64,000 bases of DNA, from NCBI GenBank assembly GCA_965238005.1, contig OZ250165.1, positions 64,001 through 128,000 of the forward strand, in the 5' to 3' direction. The stretch is from Longimicrobiales bacterium. Its GTDB lineage: Bacteria; Gemmatimonadota; Gemmatimonadetes; Longimicrobiales; Gaopeijiaceae. The notes beneath the pieces were generated by a model, which saw only the letters and a program-made list of their open reading frames with translations, was not told the origin of the DNA and made no database searches. Positions 1 to 10,000 of this stretch are shown in pieces. Within the stretch, counting starts at the first letter, position 1; each line of letters opens with the position of its first letter. The position numbers were made by a program, and so were the translations under genes.

Positions 1-275
1 CGGGATTGCCGGCTGCGGATCACGTCTCGGCACTGATTCCTCAGGATCTGGAAGAACCACGGGCCGAAGGGGCGATTGGTGTCGAACCGGTGGAGCGACT
101 CCCACGCCTTGATGAAGGCATCCTGGAGCGCGTCGCGCGCATCATCCGCGCTGCCGAGCATCCCGACGGGAAGACGAAAACCGGGCCCCTCATACGCTCG
201 CACGAGGGGTTCGTAGAATCGGACACCGCCTGCTTTGCACGTTCGGACCAACTCTCGCTCGACCTCCGGCTGCAA
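1..275 (-). CDS. ECF-type sigma-70 RNA polymerase sigma factor, N-terminal part (runs off the window edge)
   Basis: Not in the ORF track. Manual translation from TTG at 275 (AGGAG upstream) gives LQPEVERELVRTCKAG..FYEPLVRAYE..DDARDALQDAFIKAWESLHRFD..FGPWFFQILRNQCRD, which is sigma region 2. Confidence 0.85.
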   Translation of the reverse strand, partial: MQPEVERELVRTCKAGGVRFYEPLVRAYEGPGFRLPVGMLGSADDARDALQDAFIKAWESLHRFDTNRPFGPWFFQILRNQCRDVIRSRQS

Positions 276-383
276 CGCGTCTCCTCGCTCCTTGACCCTT
301 GAGTACGGTGGCCGGTCGGAATCTCTTCATTATGGTGGGGAGGCGGCAAGCAGGAGGGGCAAGCACATCGCTTCTGCCAACCG

Positions 384-1571
384 TCAGCTCACCAGCCCGG
401 AAAGGGTGCTCGCGAGCTCTTCGATCTCTTCCTCGGTGTTGTAGTAGTGCGGGGATACGCGCACCGCGGACTCCACCCCCTTGTCGTCGAAGTCCAGTAC
501 GGCGTAGTCCCTCATGGTGACGTGGGTGCTGATCCCCGCCTCGGCGAGGGACGAGACCAGCTCGGCCGCGTGGCGTCTCTCCGCCGACACCGTAACGATG
601 GCGCACCGCTCCAGTCCGCGGTCGAGGACCTGCAGGGTGTCGATCTCGGCCAGGCGATCGCGGGCCAGGGCTGCCAGAGCCCAGGCGCGATCCCGAATGG
701 CCTCGAGTCCCAGGTCGAGGGCGTACTCGGCGGCCCGGCCCATGCCCAGGACCAGGGCGTAGGGGAACTCCCAGTTCTCGAAGCGCTGAGCTCCGGGAGC
801 CGGCTGGTACAGATCTGCCTCGATCCAGTCGGCGCCACGCATGTCCGGAAAGAGCGGCTCGAGCCCCATGTCCAACGCCCGATCGGACACGTACAGGAAC
901 CCCACCCCCCGGGGACCGCGCAGGAACTTCCGGGCCGTGGCGGAGAGAAAGTCACACCCGATCTCCTCCACGTCCACGGGCATCTGCCCCACCGACTGGC
1001 AGGCGTCGACGAGGTACAGGATGTCGCGCTGCCGGCACATGTCTCCCACGTCGGCGACCTTCTGTACCAGCCCGGAGTTGGTGGGGATGTGGGTCACCGC
1101 CACGAGCTTCGGCCGGCGCCGGTGGATCACCTCCTCCATGGCCATCACGTCGACTCCACCCGACGGGTCCTCGGGCGCCCTCACCAGCTCGATGCCGATT
1201 CGGCTCTGGAGCGACAGATACATGATCTGGTTGGAGATATAGTCGTTCCGGGTGGTGACGATCACGTCTCCGGGGGCGAGGGGGACCGAGGACAGGGCCT
1301 GGATGAACGAGGCCGTAGCATTCTCGGTGATGGCTATGTTCTCGGGGTCCGCCCCGATGAGCGAGCCCAGGGCCTCGTAGGCGGCCGCGATCTCGGCCTT
1401 CTTCTCGTCGGAGGCCTCATAGCCGCCGATCCGGGCCTCGAGCTCCAGGTGTTCCGTCACGGTATGCAGAACCGGCTCGGGCACGAGGCCGGCACCGGCG
1501 TTGTTGAGGTGGTTTCTGTGTCGGCAGCCCGGGGTCTCGGCCCTCAGCTTCTCGACGTCCAGAGGGGGCAT
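384..1571 (-). CDS. Class V PLP-dependent aminotransferase / cysteine desulfurase-like lyase
   Basis: HLNNAGA, LVDACQSVGQ, SATARKFLRGPRGVG (PLP lysine) and VRVSPHYYNT motifs; 395 aa. Confidence 0.9.
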   Translation of the reverse strand: MPPLDVEKLRAETPGCRHRNHLNNAGAGLVPEPVLHTVTEHLELEARIGGYEASDEKKAEIAAAYEALGSLIGADPENIAITENATASFIQALSSVPLAPGDVIVTTRNDYISNQIMYLSLQSRIGIELVRAPEDPSGGVDVMAMEEVIHRRRPKLVAVTHIPTNSGLVQKVADVGDMCRQRDILYLVDACQSVGQMPVDVEEIGCDFLSATARKFLRGPRGVGFLYVSDRALDMGLEPLFPDMRGADWIEADLYQPAPGAQRFENWEFPYALVLGMGRAAEYALDLGLEAIRDRAWALAALARDRLAEIDTLQVLDRGLERCAIVTVSAERRHAAELVSSLAEAGISTHVTMRDYAVLDFDDKGVESAVRVSPHYYNTEEEIEELASTLSGLVS

Positions 1572-1740
1572 GCTCTCTCCGATCCTGTGTGGTATTCCTG
1601 CTTCGGCGTGGTGCCATCACGGTCATCGGGGCCGAGATACACCGAGAACCTCGAGAAGTGACTCGACCATGCTCACGCCGGCCACCCCTTGCAGATTGGA
1701 TCCAGTTCGATCATACTCGGCCCTCCTGCCAATCCGACCT

Positions 1741-3561
1741 GTGTCTGACGCGAATCCCACACTGCGCTTCGATTTTCGTCCCGACTGTGCGGACGACCCG
1801 CAGCGTCCTCTCGTCTTTCGCGATCCGCTAGAAGTGGTGACCGCCTCCGAGCTCGAAGATGTGTTACCGGCGCTCGATCGAGTGGAGGCCGCGACGGACG
1901 CGGGGCGATGGGCGGCCGGTTTCGTTGCGTACGAGGCGGCGCCTGCGTTTGATTCTGCGCTGCGAGCCAAACGGATGCGTTCCGTTCCCCTACTCTGGTT
2001 CGGACTCTTCGAGGCGCCCACGAGTGCTGCCGAGTCCGACTCCGGGCTGGAGAGCGGAACGAGCTCGAGCAGCGACGCGTCGGGCTTCCATCTGGGTGAG
2101 TGGGAGCCCGACGTCGAACCATCGGAGTACCACCGCGCTATCGGCCTCATTCGGAGCGCCATCGGCGCCGGTTCTACATATCAGGTCAACTACACGCTTC
2201 GTATGGGTGCTCCTTTTCGCGGGGATCCGCTGGCTCTTTACCGCCGGCTCCGTGCGGCCCAAGGTCCGGCGTACTCTGCTTACTTGGATGTTGGGCGGTT
2301 CAAGGTTCTTTCCGCATCACCGGAGCTCTTCTTTCGGCGGCGTGGGGCTCAGGTCACCTGCAGACCAATGAAGGGCACGGCACGGCGGGGTCGCTGGGCC
2401 GAAGAGGACGCCGCAGCTCGAAGCGAGTTGCTCGCCTCGGAGAAGGAACGCGCCGAGAACGCCATGATCGTCGATCTCATCCGGAGTGACTTGGGGCGGA
2501 TCAGCGAGTACGGCTCGGTTCGTGCGAGCAAGGTCTTCAAGGTGGAGCCCTACCGGACCGTCCATCAGATGACGAGCACTATCGAGGGCACGGCGAGGAC
2601 GGGAACCTCGCTCACGGACCTGTTCCGGGCCCTCTTTCCTTGCGGATCCGTCATCGGGGCGCCGAAGATCTCCACGACGAGCTTCATCGCTGATCTCGAG
2701 CGCGAGCCGCGCGGCGTGTACTGCGGAGCTATAGGGTACGTCGCGCCGCACGGTGACTGTGTCTTCAACGTGGCGATCCGTACTGCCGTAGTGGATCTCG
2801 ACCGAGAGGTTGTTGAGTACGGAGTGGGGGGAGGCATCACCTGGGATTCTTGCCCGGAAGGCGAGTATGCCGAAATGCTGGCGAAGGCGGAGATCCTCCG
2901 CGTCGAATGGCCCGAGTTCTCGCTCCTGGAGACGATTGGCGCGGACTCCGACGGCCCAATACGGCTGGCCGCCCATCTAGCGCGGATGGGAGCGTCGGCC
3001 GAGTATTTCGGGTACGAGTTTGATTCAGCTCGCGTGCGGAGAGCGATAGTGGACGGGTGGGGAGAGGCGCAGGCCGCCTGTGCGGGAGCGTGTAGGATCC
3101 GCGCCCTCTCCGACGCTTTTGGCCGGATCTCGGTCGAGGTGCGTTGCTTGGAAGATGACGGGCGGAATCCCTCGGCTGCGCGGGCGGGGTTCGCGAGCCG
3201 TCCCGTTGCCAGCACCGATGTCTTCCTCTTCCACAAGACTACGCACCGCGCGGTCTATGAAGCCCGAGCTGCGGAGCATCCGGAGTTCTTCGATGTCCTG
3301 CTCGTCAACGAGGAAGGCTGCGTCACCGAGTTTACGCGGGGCAACCTGGTCGCCGAGATCGACGGCGTGGCCTGGACCCCTCCGCGGCACTGCGGCCTCC
3401 TGGGCGGAGTGTTTCGGGGCGAACTACTTTCCGAGGGCCGGCTTCAGGAGCGATGCCTGACCCCTCTCGACGTCAGGCGGGCTTCTCGCGTGTGGCTGAT
3501 CAACTCGGTCCGGGAATGGGTCGAGATCGAGATTGTCAGCTCCGCCGTGGACGTCTCCTAG
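1741..3561 (+). CDS. pabB: Aminodeoxychorismate synthase component I fused to a class IV (PabC-like) lyase domain
   Basis: YQVNYT, SPELFF, PMKGT, KERAENAMIVDLIRSDL, RGVYCGAIG, FNVAIRT, then FLFHKTT and GLLGGVFR. Start taken as GTG 1741 within ORF 1501..3561. Confidence 0.9.
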   Translation: MSDANPTLRFDFRPDCADDPQRPLVFRDPLEVVTASELEDVLPALDRVEAATDAGRWAAGFVAYEAAPAFDSALRAKRMRSVPLLWFGLFEAPTSAAESDSGLESGTSSSSDASGFHLGEWEPDVEPSEYHRAIGLIRSAIGAGSTYQVNYTLRMGAPFRGDPLALYRRLRAAQGPAYSAYLDVGRFKVLSASPELFFRRRGAQVTCRPMKGTARRGRWAEEDAAARSELLASEKERAENAMIVDLIRSDLGRISEYGSVRASKVFKVEPYRTVHQMTSTIEGTARTGTSLTDLFRALFPCGSVIGAPKISTTSFIADLEREPRGVYCGAIGYVAPHGDCVFNVAIRTAVVDLDREVVEYGVGGGITWDSCPEGEYAEMLAKAEILRVEWPEFSLLETIGADSDGPIRLAAHLARMGASAEYFGYEFDSARVRRAIVDGWGEAQAACAGACRIRALSDAFGRISVEVRCLEDDGRNPSAARAGFASRPVASTDVFLFHKTTHRAVYEARAAEHPEFFDVLLVNEEGCVTEFTRGNLVAEIDGVAWTPPRHCGLLGGVFRGELLSEGRLQERCLTPLDVRRASRVWLINSVREWVEIEIVSSAVDVS

Positions 3562-3686
3562 GGGAGAGGATAGGGCGATGCACGGGCCGTCCAATCGGGC
3601 CAGTAGTCACCCGCCGGGTTCGTGGTGAGCCGCCGCTGGTCGCTGCCGTCGGCGTTCACCACGTAGATCTCGAAGTTGCTGTCCCG
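3558..3686 (-). pseudogene. 3' remnant of a TolB-like/PD40 beta-propeller gene
   Basis: Manual translation RDSNFEIYVVNADGSDQRRLTTNPAGDYWPDW...stop; no start codon. Its stop overlaps the pabB stop at CTAG 3558-3561. Confidence 0.7.
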
Positions 3687-3757
3687 GGGGAGGCTGGCAC
3701 TGGGTCGGACGTGAACATAACGAACAAGGATATATGAAGGGAGGACGGACGACCCGA

Positions 3758-3828
3758 CGCTGCCTGACCTTCCTCGAGGTCTGCAGGGCCTCCCGCGTGT
3801 GGCTGATCAACTCGGTCCGGGAGTGGGT
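3758..3828 (+). repeat. Diverged duplicate of the pabB 3' end (3451-3521)
   Basis: 60/71 nt identical by manual alignment; encodes RCLTFLEVCRASRVWLINSVREWV versus RCLTPLDVRRASRVWLINSVREWV. Confidence 0.9.
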
Positions 3829-4177
3829 GGGCTATGGCCGCGACCCCGGGCGAGGCGGGCACCGGTTCAGATCGAGCGCGTGGAGCTGTAAAGGTCTTAG
3901 TCCCGAGCTGGGCCGACTCCGCTCGCTGGCGGCAGCGGACGGAACGTGACTTCCACGCCGGCCTCATCCAGACGGCACCACGACTCTCTCGGGGATGGCG
4001 ATCCGCATGATCGGTGCGGGTGCCCCGGGGTGCCGGGCAGGTTCTGTAATATACCCCGCTCTACCGGAGCCACGCAACGCCGGGAGGGCCGCGTCGCTCG
4101 TATCGTGAGGACTGTCCGCACCCCTCGGGATTCGCCACGTTATGACGCCGCGTTTCCCACCTGGAGTTGGAGTTTCA

Positions 4178-6232
4178 TTGACCCGAGGCACGCCGGACAA
4201 CCCCAGGGGACCGTCCCCGGACCAGGGCGAAGACGTGGAGCGCCGGCTCGAGGCTCTCCGAGAGGAGCTTCGACGGCACTCCCATCTCTATTACGTCGAG
4301 TCTCGACCGGAGATCGACGACGCGCAGTTCGATCGCCTGTACGCCGAGCTCCTCGCTCTGGAGGCTGCTCACCCACACCTGGTCACGCCTGACTCCCCTT
4401 CCCAGCGAGTCGCTGGCGAGCCCAAGAGCGAGCTTTCCGCGGCGGAGCATACGGCACCGATGCTCTCTCTGGACTCCACCCAGGACAGCGACGAGGTGCG
4501 TCGCTTCGACGAGCGTGTGCGCAAGGGTCTGGAGAGCGAGCCGGAGTATCTTTTGGAGCCGAAGCTGGACGGGGCCTCCATCGAGCTCGTCTACGAGAAC
4601 GGCCTGTTCGTGCGTGCCGTCACGAGGGGAAACGGTCACACGGGAGAGGTCGTCACCGAGAACGTGAGGACCATCTCCAGCGTGCCGCTGGGCCTGCTGG
4701 AGCACGCCCGAGCGGCGCCCGAGCTGCTGGCTATCCGGGGCGAGGTGATCATGTACCTCTCGGCCTTCGAAGCCCTCAACGAGCGCATGGTGGAGCAGGG
4801 CTCAGAGCCCTACGTGAATCCCCGGAACTCCGCGTCCGGATCTCTCCGCCAGCTGGACCCACGGGTGACCGCCGGAAGACCCCTCGACGTCCTGGCTTAC
4901 GACATCCTCATGCTGCGGGGGTCCCAAGTCACGTCGGACCATGAGGGGGTGCAGGCGCTACGGGACTGGGGCTTCAGGACACCGGATCGGGTGAAGCGGG
5001 TGACCACGGTCGAAGAAATCATCGAGTATCACCGGAGCTTCGAGGAGGACCGAGACGACCTCGACTACGAGATCGACGGAGTGGTCATCAAGCTGAACGA
5101 TCTGGACGCGCGGGAGGATCTGGGCGCCACGTCCCACCACCCCCGTTGGGCCCTGGCCTTCAAGTTCGAGCCGCGCAAGGAGATCACCCGCATCGAGAGG
5201 ATCGCCGTCTCGTTGGGCCGGACGGGGAAGCTCACGCCCGTGGCGTTGCTACGGCCGGTCGAGGTGGGCGGCGTGACGGTCGGGCGCGCGTCGCTCCACA
5301 ACCGTGAGGAGGTGGCCCGCAAGGACGTGCGCGAGGGCGATCTGGTGAAGATCCAGAGAGCCGGAGACGTCATCCCCCAGGTCGTCGAGCGAGTGGACGA
5401 AGACGGGCGGGAGCGTGGCGCGGTCTTCGAGATGCCGGACCGGTGCCCGGCCTGCGATACCCCGGTGAAGGAGAGCGGTCCATTCACGTACTGCCCCAAC
5501 CGCTTCGGCTGCCCGGCACAGCTCAAGAGGGGGATCATGCACTTCGGTTCACGGACGGGCCTCGACATCGAGGGACTGGGAGAGGAGACGGCCAACCTCC
5601 TGGTGGACCGCGGCTTGGTGAAGGAGCTGGCGAACCTCTTCGACCTTACGGCCGAAGACCTCGAGCGGCTGGACGGGTTCGCCGAGAGGTCGGCGGCGAA
5701 CCTGGCCGACGCCATTCAGGCCAAGAAGTCGGTAGAGCTCCATCGCTTCCTCTACGGCCTGGGCATTCCCGAGGTGGGAGCCACTGTCGCCCGGAATCTG
5801 GCTCGCCACTTCCGCAGCTTCGAAGGGGTCCAGGCCGCCGCCCTCGAGGAGCTGGAGGCCGTGGAGGGGATCGGCCCCATCATGTCGGAGCAGATCCTGA
5901 ACTTCCTGGACGACGAGCGGAATAGGGCCCGGATCCAGGCGGTTCTCGACCGGGGCATGGATCTCATCCCGCCGGAGGACGCCGGGGGTCACGCGCTGGC
6001 TGGCCAGAGGTTCGTGTTCACGGGTGGGCTCGAGGGGTTCGCCCGGTCCGAGGCCAAGCGACTCATCGAGGGTGCCGGGGGCCGCGTGGTGGGCTCCGTG
6101 AGTGGAGAGACGACCTACATGGTCGTGGGAGCCGATCCGGGATCAAAGCTGCAGAAGGCGAGGGACCTGGGCGTGACTGTCCTCACCGAACCGGAGTTTG
6201 TCGCGCTCCTCGAGGCGGAGGGGATTCTGTAA
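4178..6232 (+). CDS. ligA: NAD-dependent DNA ligase
   Basis: EPKLDG adenylation motif, TRGNG, NPRN, IDGVVIK, Zn finger (CPAC..C..C), HhH repeats, C-terminal BRCT. Start is TTG 4178 (GGAG upstream) or ATG 4142. Confidence 0.97.
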   Translation: MTRGTPDNPRGPSPDQGEDVERRLEALREELRRHSHLYYVESRPEIDDAQFDRLYAELLALEAAHPHLVTPDSPSQRVAGEPKSELSAAEHTAPMLSLDSTQDSDEVRRFDERVRKGLESEPEYLLEPKLDGASIELVYENGLFVRAVTRGNGHTGEVVTENVRTISSVPLGLLEHARAAPELLAIRGEVIMYLSAFEALNERMVEQGSEPYVNPRNSASGSLRQLDPRVTAGRPLDVLAYDILMLRGSQVTSDHEGVQALRDWGFRTPDRVKRVTTVEEIIEYHRSFEEDRDDLDYEIDGVVIKLNDLDAREDLGATSHHPRWALAFKFEPRKEITRIERIAVSLGRTGKLTPVALLRPVEVGGVTVGRASLHNREEVARKDVREGDLVKIQRAGDVIPQVVERVDEDGRERGAVFEMPDRCPACDTPVKESGPFTYCPNRFGCPAQLKRGIMHFGSRTGLDIEGLGEETANLLVDRGLVKELANLFDLTAEDLERLDGFAERSAANLADAIQAKKSVELHRFLYGLGIPEVGATVARNLARHFRSFEGVQAAALEELEAVEGIGPIMSEQILNFLDDERNRARIQAVLDRGMDLIPPEDAGGHALAGQRFVFTGGLEGFARSEAKRLIEGAGGRVVGSVSGETTYMVVGADPGSKLQKARDLGVTVLTEPEFVALLEAEGIL

Positions 6233-6235
6233 CCG

Positions 6236-8008
6236 GTGGAGAACATCGAGATCGCCGCCGTCCTGGACGAGCTCGCGGACCTGCTCGAGATCCGGGGCTC
6301 CAATCCGTTCCGCATCAGGGCCTACCGGAATGCCGTCCGCACGGTCCGGGGACTCACCCGCTCCCTGAAGTCCATGGTCGAGGCGGAGGAGGACCTCACC
6401 GACCTTTCGGCCATCGGGAAGGACATGTCCGCCCACATCGTCGAGCTCATCGCGACCGGGAGCCTTTCCCGGCTGGAGGAGCTGGCCGAAGAGATTCCCC
6501 GGTCTCTGGTCGACCTCGTGAAGCTCGACGGGGTCGGACCCAAGAAGGCGAAGAAGCTCTGGGAGTCGCTGGACGTGAAGACCGTCGACGAGCTCGAGGA
6601 GGCCCTGAACGCCGAGAAGGTGCACGCCCTGGAGGGCTTCGGAACGACGAGCGTCCAGAAGATCCTTCGCGCCATCGAGGACTTTCGTCGCTACTCCGGA
6701 CGCTTCCTCCTCTCCCAAGTGGATGACCTCATCGGACCTTTCGTCGAGCACATCAGGGAGGCGAAGGGCGTCCAGCGTATCGAGGTGGCGGGGAGCTGTC
6801 GACGCCGCAAAGAGACCATCGGTGACGTGGATCTGCTCGTACAGGCCGATCTCCCCGCTCCCGACGTCATGGAGCGCTTCACCACCTTCGGGTCCGTGGA
6901 GCGGGTGGACCTGGCGGGGGACACGCGGGGGGCCGTGGTCCTCCGGTCCGGGTTGGAGGTGGATCTCCGCGTCATCCCCCCGCGCTCCTTCGGCGCGGCC
7001 CTCCACTACTTCACGGGCTCCATGGAGCACAACGTGGCGGTCCGCCAGCTCGCGCTGAGACAGGGCCTGCGCGTCAACGAGTGGGGGGTCTTCCGCCTCC
7101 CGGAGGGTGTGGATCCGGAAGAGGTGGGCAAGGAGGATGGCGAGCGCATTGCCGGCGACACCGAGGAGTCCGTGTTCGAGGCCGTCGGTCTCACGTGGAT
7201 TCCACCCGTGGTTCGCGAGAACCGCGGAGAGATCGAGGCCGCCCGGGACGGCTCCCTTCCCGAGCTCGTCACCCTGGAGGACATCAGGGGCGATCTCCAC
7301 ATGCACTCTACCTGGAGCGACGGGAAGGCCTCCATCGAGGAGATGGCGCGGGCGTGCCGGGCGAGAGGGTATGAATACCTGGCCGTTAGCGACCACAGCC
7401 CCGCCTTGGCGATGGTCCAGGGCTTGACCCCCGAAAAGGCCCCTGAGCAGTGGGCGGAGATCGACCGAGTCCAGGAGGGACTGGACGGGATCACGATTTT
7501 CAAGAGCTTGGAAGTAGACATTCTCCGGGATGGGAGCCTCGATATGACCGACGAGGTCCTCGAGGCACTGGATGCGGTGATCGTCTCGGTGCACTCCTTG
7601 ATGGACATGGATAAAGCGACGATGACGGATCGGGTGATCCGTGCCATGCAACATCCGTCCGTGGACATCGTCGGCCATCCTACCGGGCGACTGCTCGGCC
7701 GCAGGGAGCCGTTCGAGCTCGACGTGGAGGCTGTCTTGCAGGCGGCGTCGGAGCTCGACGTCGCAGTGGAGATCAACGCGAACCCGAACCGACTCGACCT
7801 GAACGACGTCCATGCACGGCGTGCCAAGGAGCTGGGGGTCAAGGTTGTGATCAGCACCGATGCCCACTCGGTTCAGCGGCTGGATCACATCTCCTATGGC
7901 GTGGATCAGGCCCGACGTGGGTGGCTGGATAGAGAGGACGTTCTGAACACGATGACTGTGGATCAACTGCGAGACTGGATGGGGCGACGCGAGATGCGGC
8001 GGGCATGA
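6236..8008 (+). CDS. polX: DNA polymerase X / PHP 3'-5' exonuclease
   Basis: NPFRIRAY, AGSCRRRKETIGDVDLL (DxD intact), YFTGS; PHP motifs DLHMHS, SDHS, GHPTGR, STDAH. Confidence 0.95.
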   Translation: MENIEIAAVLDELADLLEIRGSNPFRIRAYRNAVRTVRGLTRSLKSMVEAEEDLTDLSAIGKDMSAHIVELIATGSLSRLEELAEEIPRSLVDLVKLDGVGPKKAKKLWESLDVKTVDELEEALNAEKVHALEGFGTTSVQKILRAIEDFRRYSGRFLLSQVDDLIGPFVEHIREAKGVQRIEVAGSCRRRKETIGDVDLLVQADLPAPDVMERFTTFGSVERVDLAGDTRGAVVLRSGLEVDLRVIPPRSFGAALHYFTGSMEHNVAVRQLALRQGLRVNEWGVFRLPEGVDPEEVGKEDGERIAGDTEESVFEAVGLTWIPPVVRENRGEIEAARDGSLPELVTLEDIRGDLHMHSTWSDGKASIEEMARACRARGYEYLAVSDHSPALAMVQGLTPEKAPEQWAEIDRVQEGLDGITIFKSLEVDILRDGSLDMTDEVLEALDAVIVSVHSLMDMDKATMTDRVIRAMQHPSVDIVGHPTGRLLGRREPFELDVEAVLQAASELDVAVEINANPNRLDLNDVHARRAKELGVKVVISTDAHSVQRLDHISYGVDQARRGWLDREDVLNTMTVDQLRDWMGRREMRRA

Positions 8009-8961
8009 CCCGGGAGGTCCTACTCTTCATCGGCGGTGTGGGCGTCCTCTACTTCGGCGCCGAGTGGCTCGTGCGGGGCAGTGTCCGCCTCGCCACATCG
8101 CTGGGAGTGAGCCCCATCGTCCTCGGGCTCACCGTGGTTTCCATGGGGACGTCCGCTCCGGAGCTTGTGGTCTCCGTCGTGGCGGCGGTGGGCGGCCACG
8201 GCGACCTGGCCATAGGCAACGTCATGGGGTCGAATCTCGCTAACATCGGCCTCGTCCTCGGTATCAGCGCCATCATGAGGCCGCTGAACGTCTCGGGACG
8301 CGTCGTAACCCGCGAGGTGCCCGTGATGCTGATCATCACGGCGCTCCTCCTGCCGGTGATCTGGGATCTGCGCATCGGACGCCTGGAGGGGATCGCCCTT
8401 CTGGGGGTTCTCGGCGGCTACCTGTGGTTCGTCTTCAGGACGGCGAAGGAGGAAGACGATGCGGTACTGGGTGAGTACGAGCAGTTCGCCAGGGAGGCCG
8501 CGGGACTGACGCCGTGGGCGACGGCGCGGGAACTCGCCCTCATCACCATGGGGATCATGGGGCTCGTCATGGGCGCCTTCGCCATCCGCGAGTCGGCCCT
8601 CGCCCTCGCCGAGGCCATGGGCATCTCGGAGCTGGTGATCGGCCTCACGCTGGTCTCCATCGCGACTTCGCTGCCCGAACTCGCCACGTCCATCGTCGCT
8701 ACGTTTAGGGACGAGGCGGACATCGCCGTCGGCAACGTGATCGGCTCGAACGTCTTCAACATCGCCGCCATCCTCGGCATCACGGCGACGATCACGCCGC
8801 TACCCGTGAATCCTCAGGTTCTGAGCCTCGAGTTCCCGGCGGTGGTCATCATGTCGGTTCTGCTCATCCCCATCGTGCGGGCCAACCTCACCATCCGGCG
8901 AGCCGAAGGGATCGTCCTGTTGGGGAGCTACCTGGCCCTGGGCGCGTGGATCCTACTCTGA
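8005..8961 (+). CDS. Calcium/sodium antiporter (CaCA, YrbG family)
   Basis: Two alpha repeats: GTSAPEL..GNVMGSN and ATSLPEL..GNVIGSN; hydrophobic. Confidence 0.93.
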   Translation: MTREVLLFIGGVGVLYFGAEWLVRGSVRLATSLGVSPIVLGLTVVSMGTSAPELVVSVVAAVGGHGDLAIGNVMGSNLANIGLVLGISAIMRPLNVSGRVVTREVPVMLIITALLLPVIWDLRIGRLEGIALLGVLGGYLWFVFRTAKEEDDAVLGEYEQFAREAAGLTPWATARELALITMGIMGLVMGAFAIRESALALAEAMGISELVIGLTLVSIATSLPELATSIVATFRDEADIAVGNVIGSNVFNIAAILGITATITPLPVNPQVLSLEFPAVVIMSVLLIPIVRANLTIRRAEGIVLLGSYLALGAWILL

Positions 8962-9096
8962 GCTCTTCACGCGGATCCGGCTTCCGACGAGTGACGATCC
9001 GGTAACGGTCGACGGCGCCGCCCCTTTTCCCTAACGTTCCTGCCTTCGACGTCTGGAAGTGATCCCCCTCGAGACACGCCAAGGAGCATCGAGTCC

Positions 9097-9996
9097 ATGC
9101 TTCCCATAGACCTGACCGGCAAGAGAGCGTTCGTGGCAGGAGTTGCGGACGACAAGGGCTACGGCTGGGCCATTGTGAGGGCCCTCGCCCGGGCCGGTGT
9201 GTCCATCTGCGTCGGAACCTGGCCGCCCGTGCTGAGGATCTTCACCCGGAGCCTGGAACGGGGAAAGCTGGACCTGAGCCTGCCGGGAGGCGGTGAGATC
9301 GAATTCGAGAAGATCTGTCCCATGGATGCGGTCTTCGACACGCCGGACGACGTTCCGGACGACATACGTGAGGACAAGCGCTACCGCGACCTGTCGGGCT
9401 ACACGCTTCAGGAGGTCGCCGACGGTCTCAGGAGCGACTTCGGCGACCCCTGCTTGGATGTTCTGGTGCACTCGCTGGCCAACGCGCCCGAGGTGCAGAA
9501 GCCCCTGGTGGACACCAGCCGGGCCGGGTACCTGGCAGCCGTCAGCGCCAGCGCGTACTCCATGGTGGGGATGGTGCAGCGCTTCGGTCCCCTCATGAGG
9601 GAGGGCGGATCCGTGGTGTCGCTGACCTATCTGGCAGGCGAGAGGGTGATCCCGGGCTACGGAGGAGGCATGAGCTCGGCCAAGGCAGCCCTCGAGAACG
9701 ACACCCGAACCCTGGCGTTCGAGGCGGGCCGGCGCTGGGGCATCCGGGTGAACACGATCTCCGCGGGCCCCCTGGCCAGCCGAGCGGCCCGGGCCGTCGG
9801 GTCCATCGATCGCATGGTGGACTACTACCGGCTGAACGCTGCCTTTCCCGCGGTCAACACCGCCGACGACGTGGGGAACACCGCGGCGTTCCTGTGCTCT
9901 CCCCTCGGGGCCGGCATCACGGGCGAGACCCTGCACGTGGACATGGGCTTTCACGCCATGGGCATGGCCGCCGAGGATCCGCTCGGCGAAGAGTAG
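9097..9996 (+). CDS. fabI: Enoyl-ACP reductase (chlamydial/plastid-type FabI)
   Basis: [56 protein letters not shown]. Confidence 0.93.
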   Translation: MLPIDLTGKRAFVAGVADDKGYGWAIVRALARAGVSICVGTWPPVLRIFTRSLERGKLDLSLPGGGEIEFEKICPMDAVFDTPDDVPDDIREDKRYRDLSGYTLQEVADGLRSDFGDPCLDVLVHSLANAPEVQKPLVDTSRAGYLAAVSASAYSMVGMVQRFGPLMREGGSVVSLTYLAGERVIPGYGGGMSSAKAALENDTRTLAFEAGRRWGIRVNTISAGPLASRAARAVGSIDRMVDYYRLNAAFPAVNTADDVGNTAAFLCSPLGAGITGETLHVDMGFHAMGMAAEDPLGEE

Positions 9997-10000
9997 CACC

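Noticed and set aside
3451..3828. Diversity-generating retroelement (VR/TR pair) from the duplicated gene 3' ends (also 24871/30635)
   Set aside because: Differences are not adenine-specific, are largely synonymous for pabB, and no reverse transcriptase gene is present.
6143..7966. Long antisense or alternate-frame ORFs (e.g. 6143..7966, 447..1661, 37306..38691, 52601..54097)
   Set aside because: Shadow ORFs of high-GC coding genes with no recognisable motifs.
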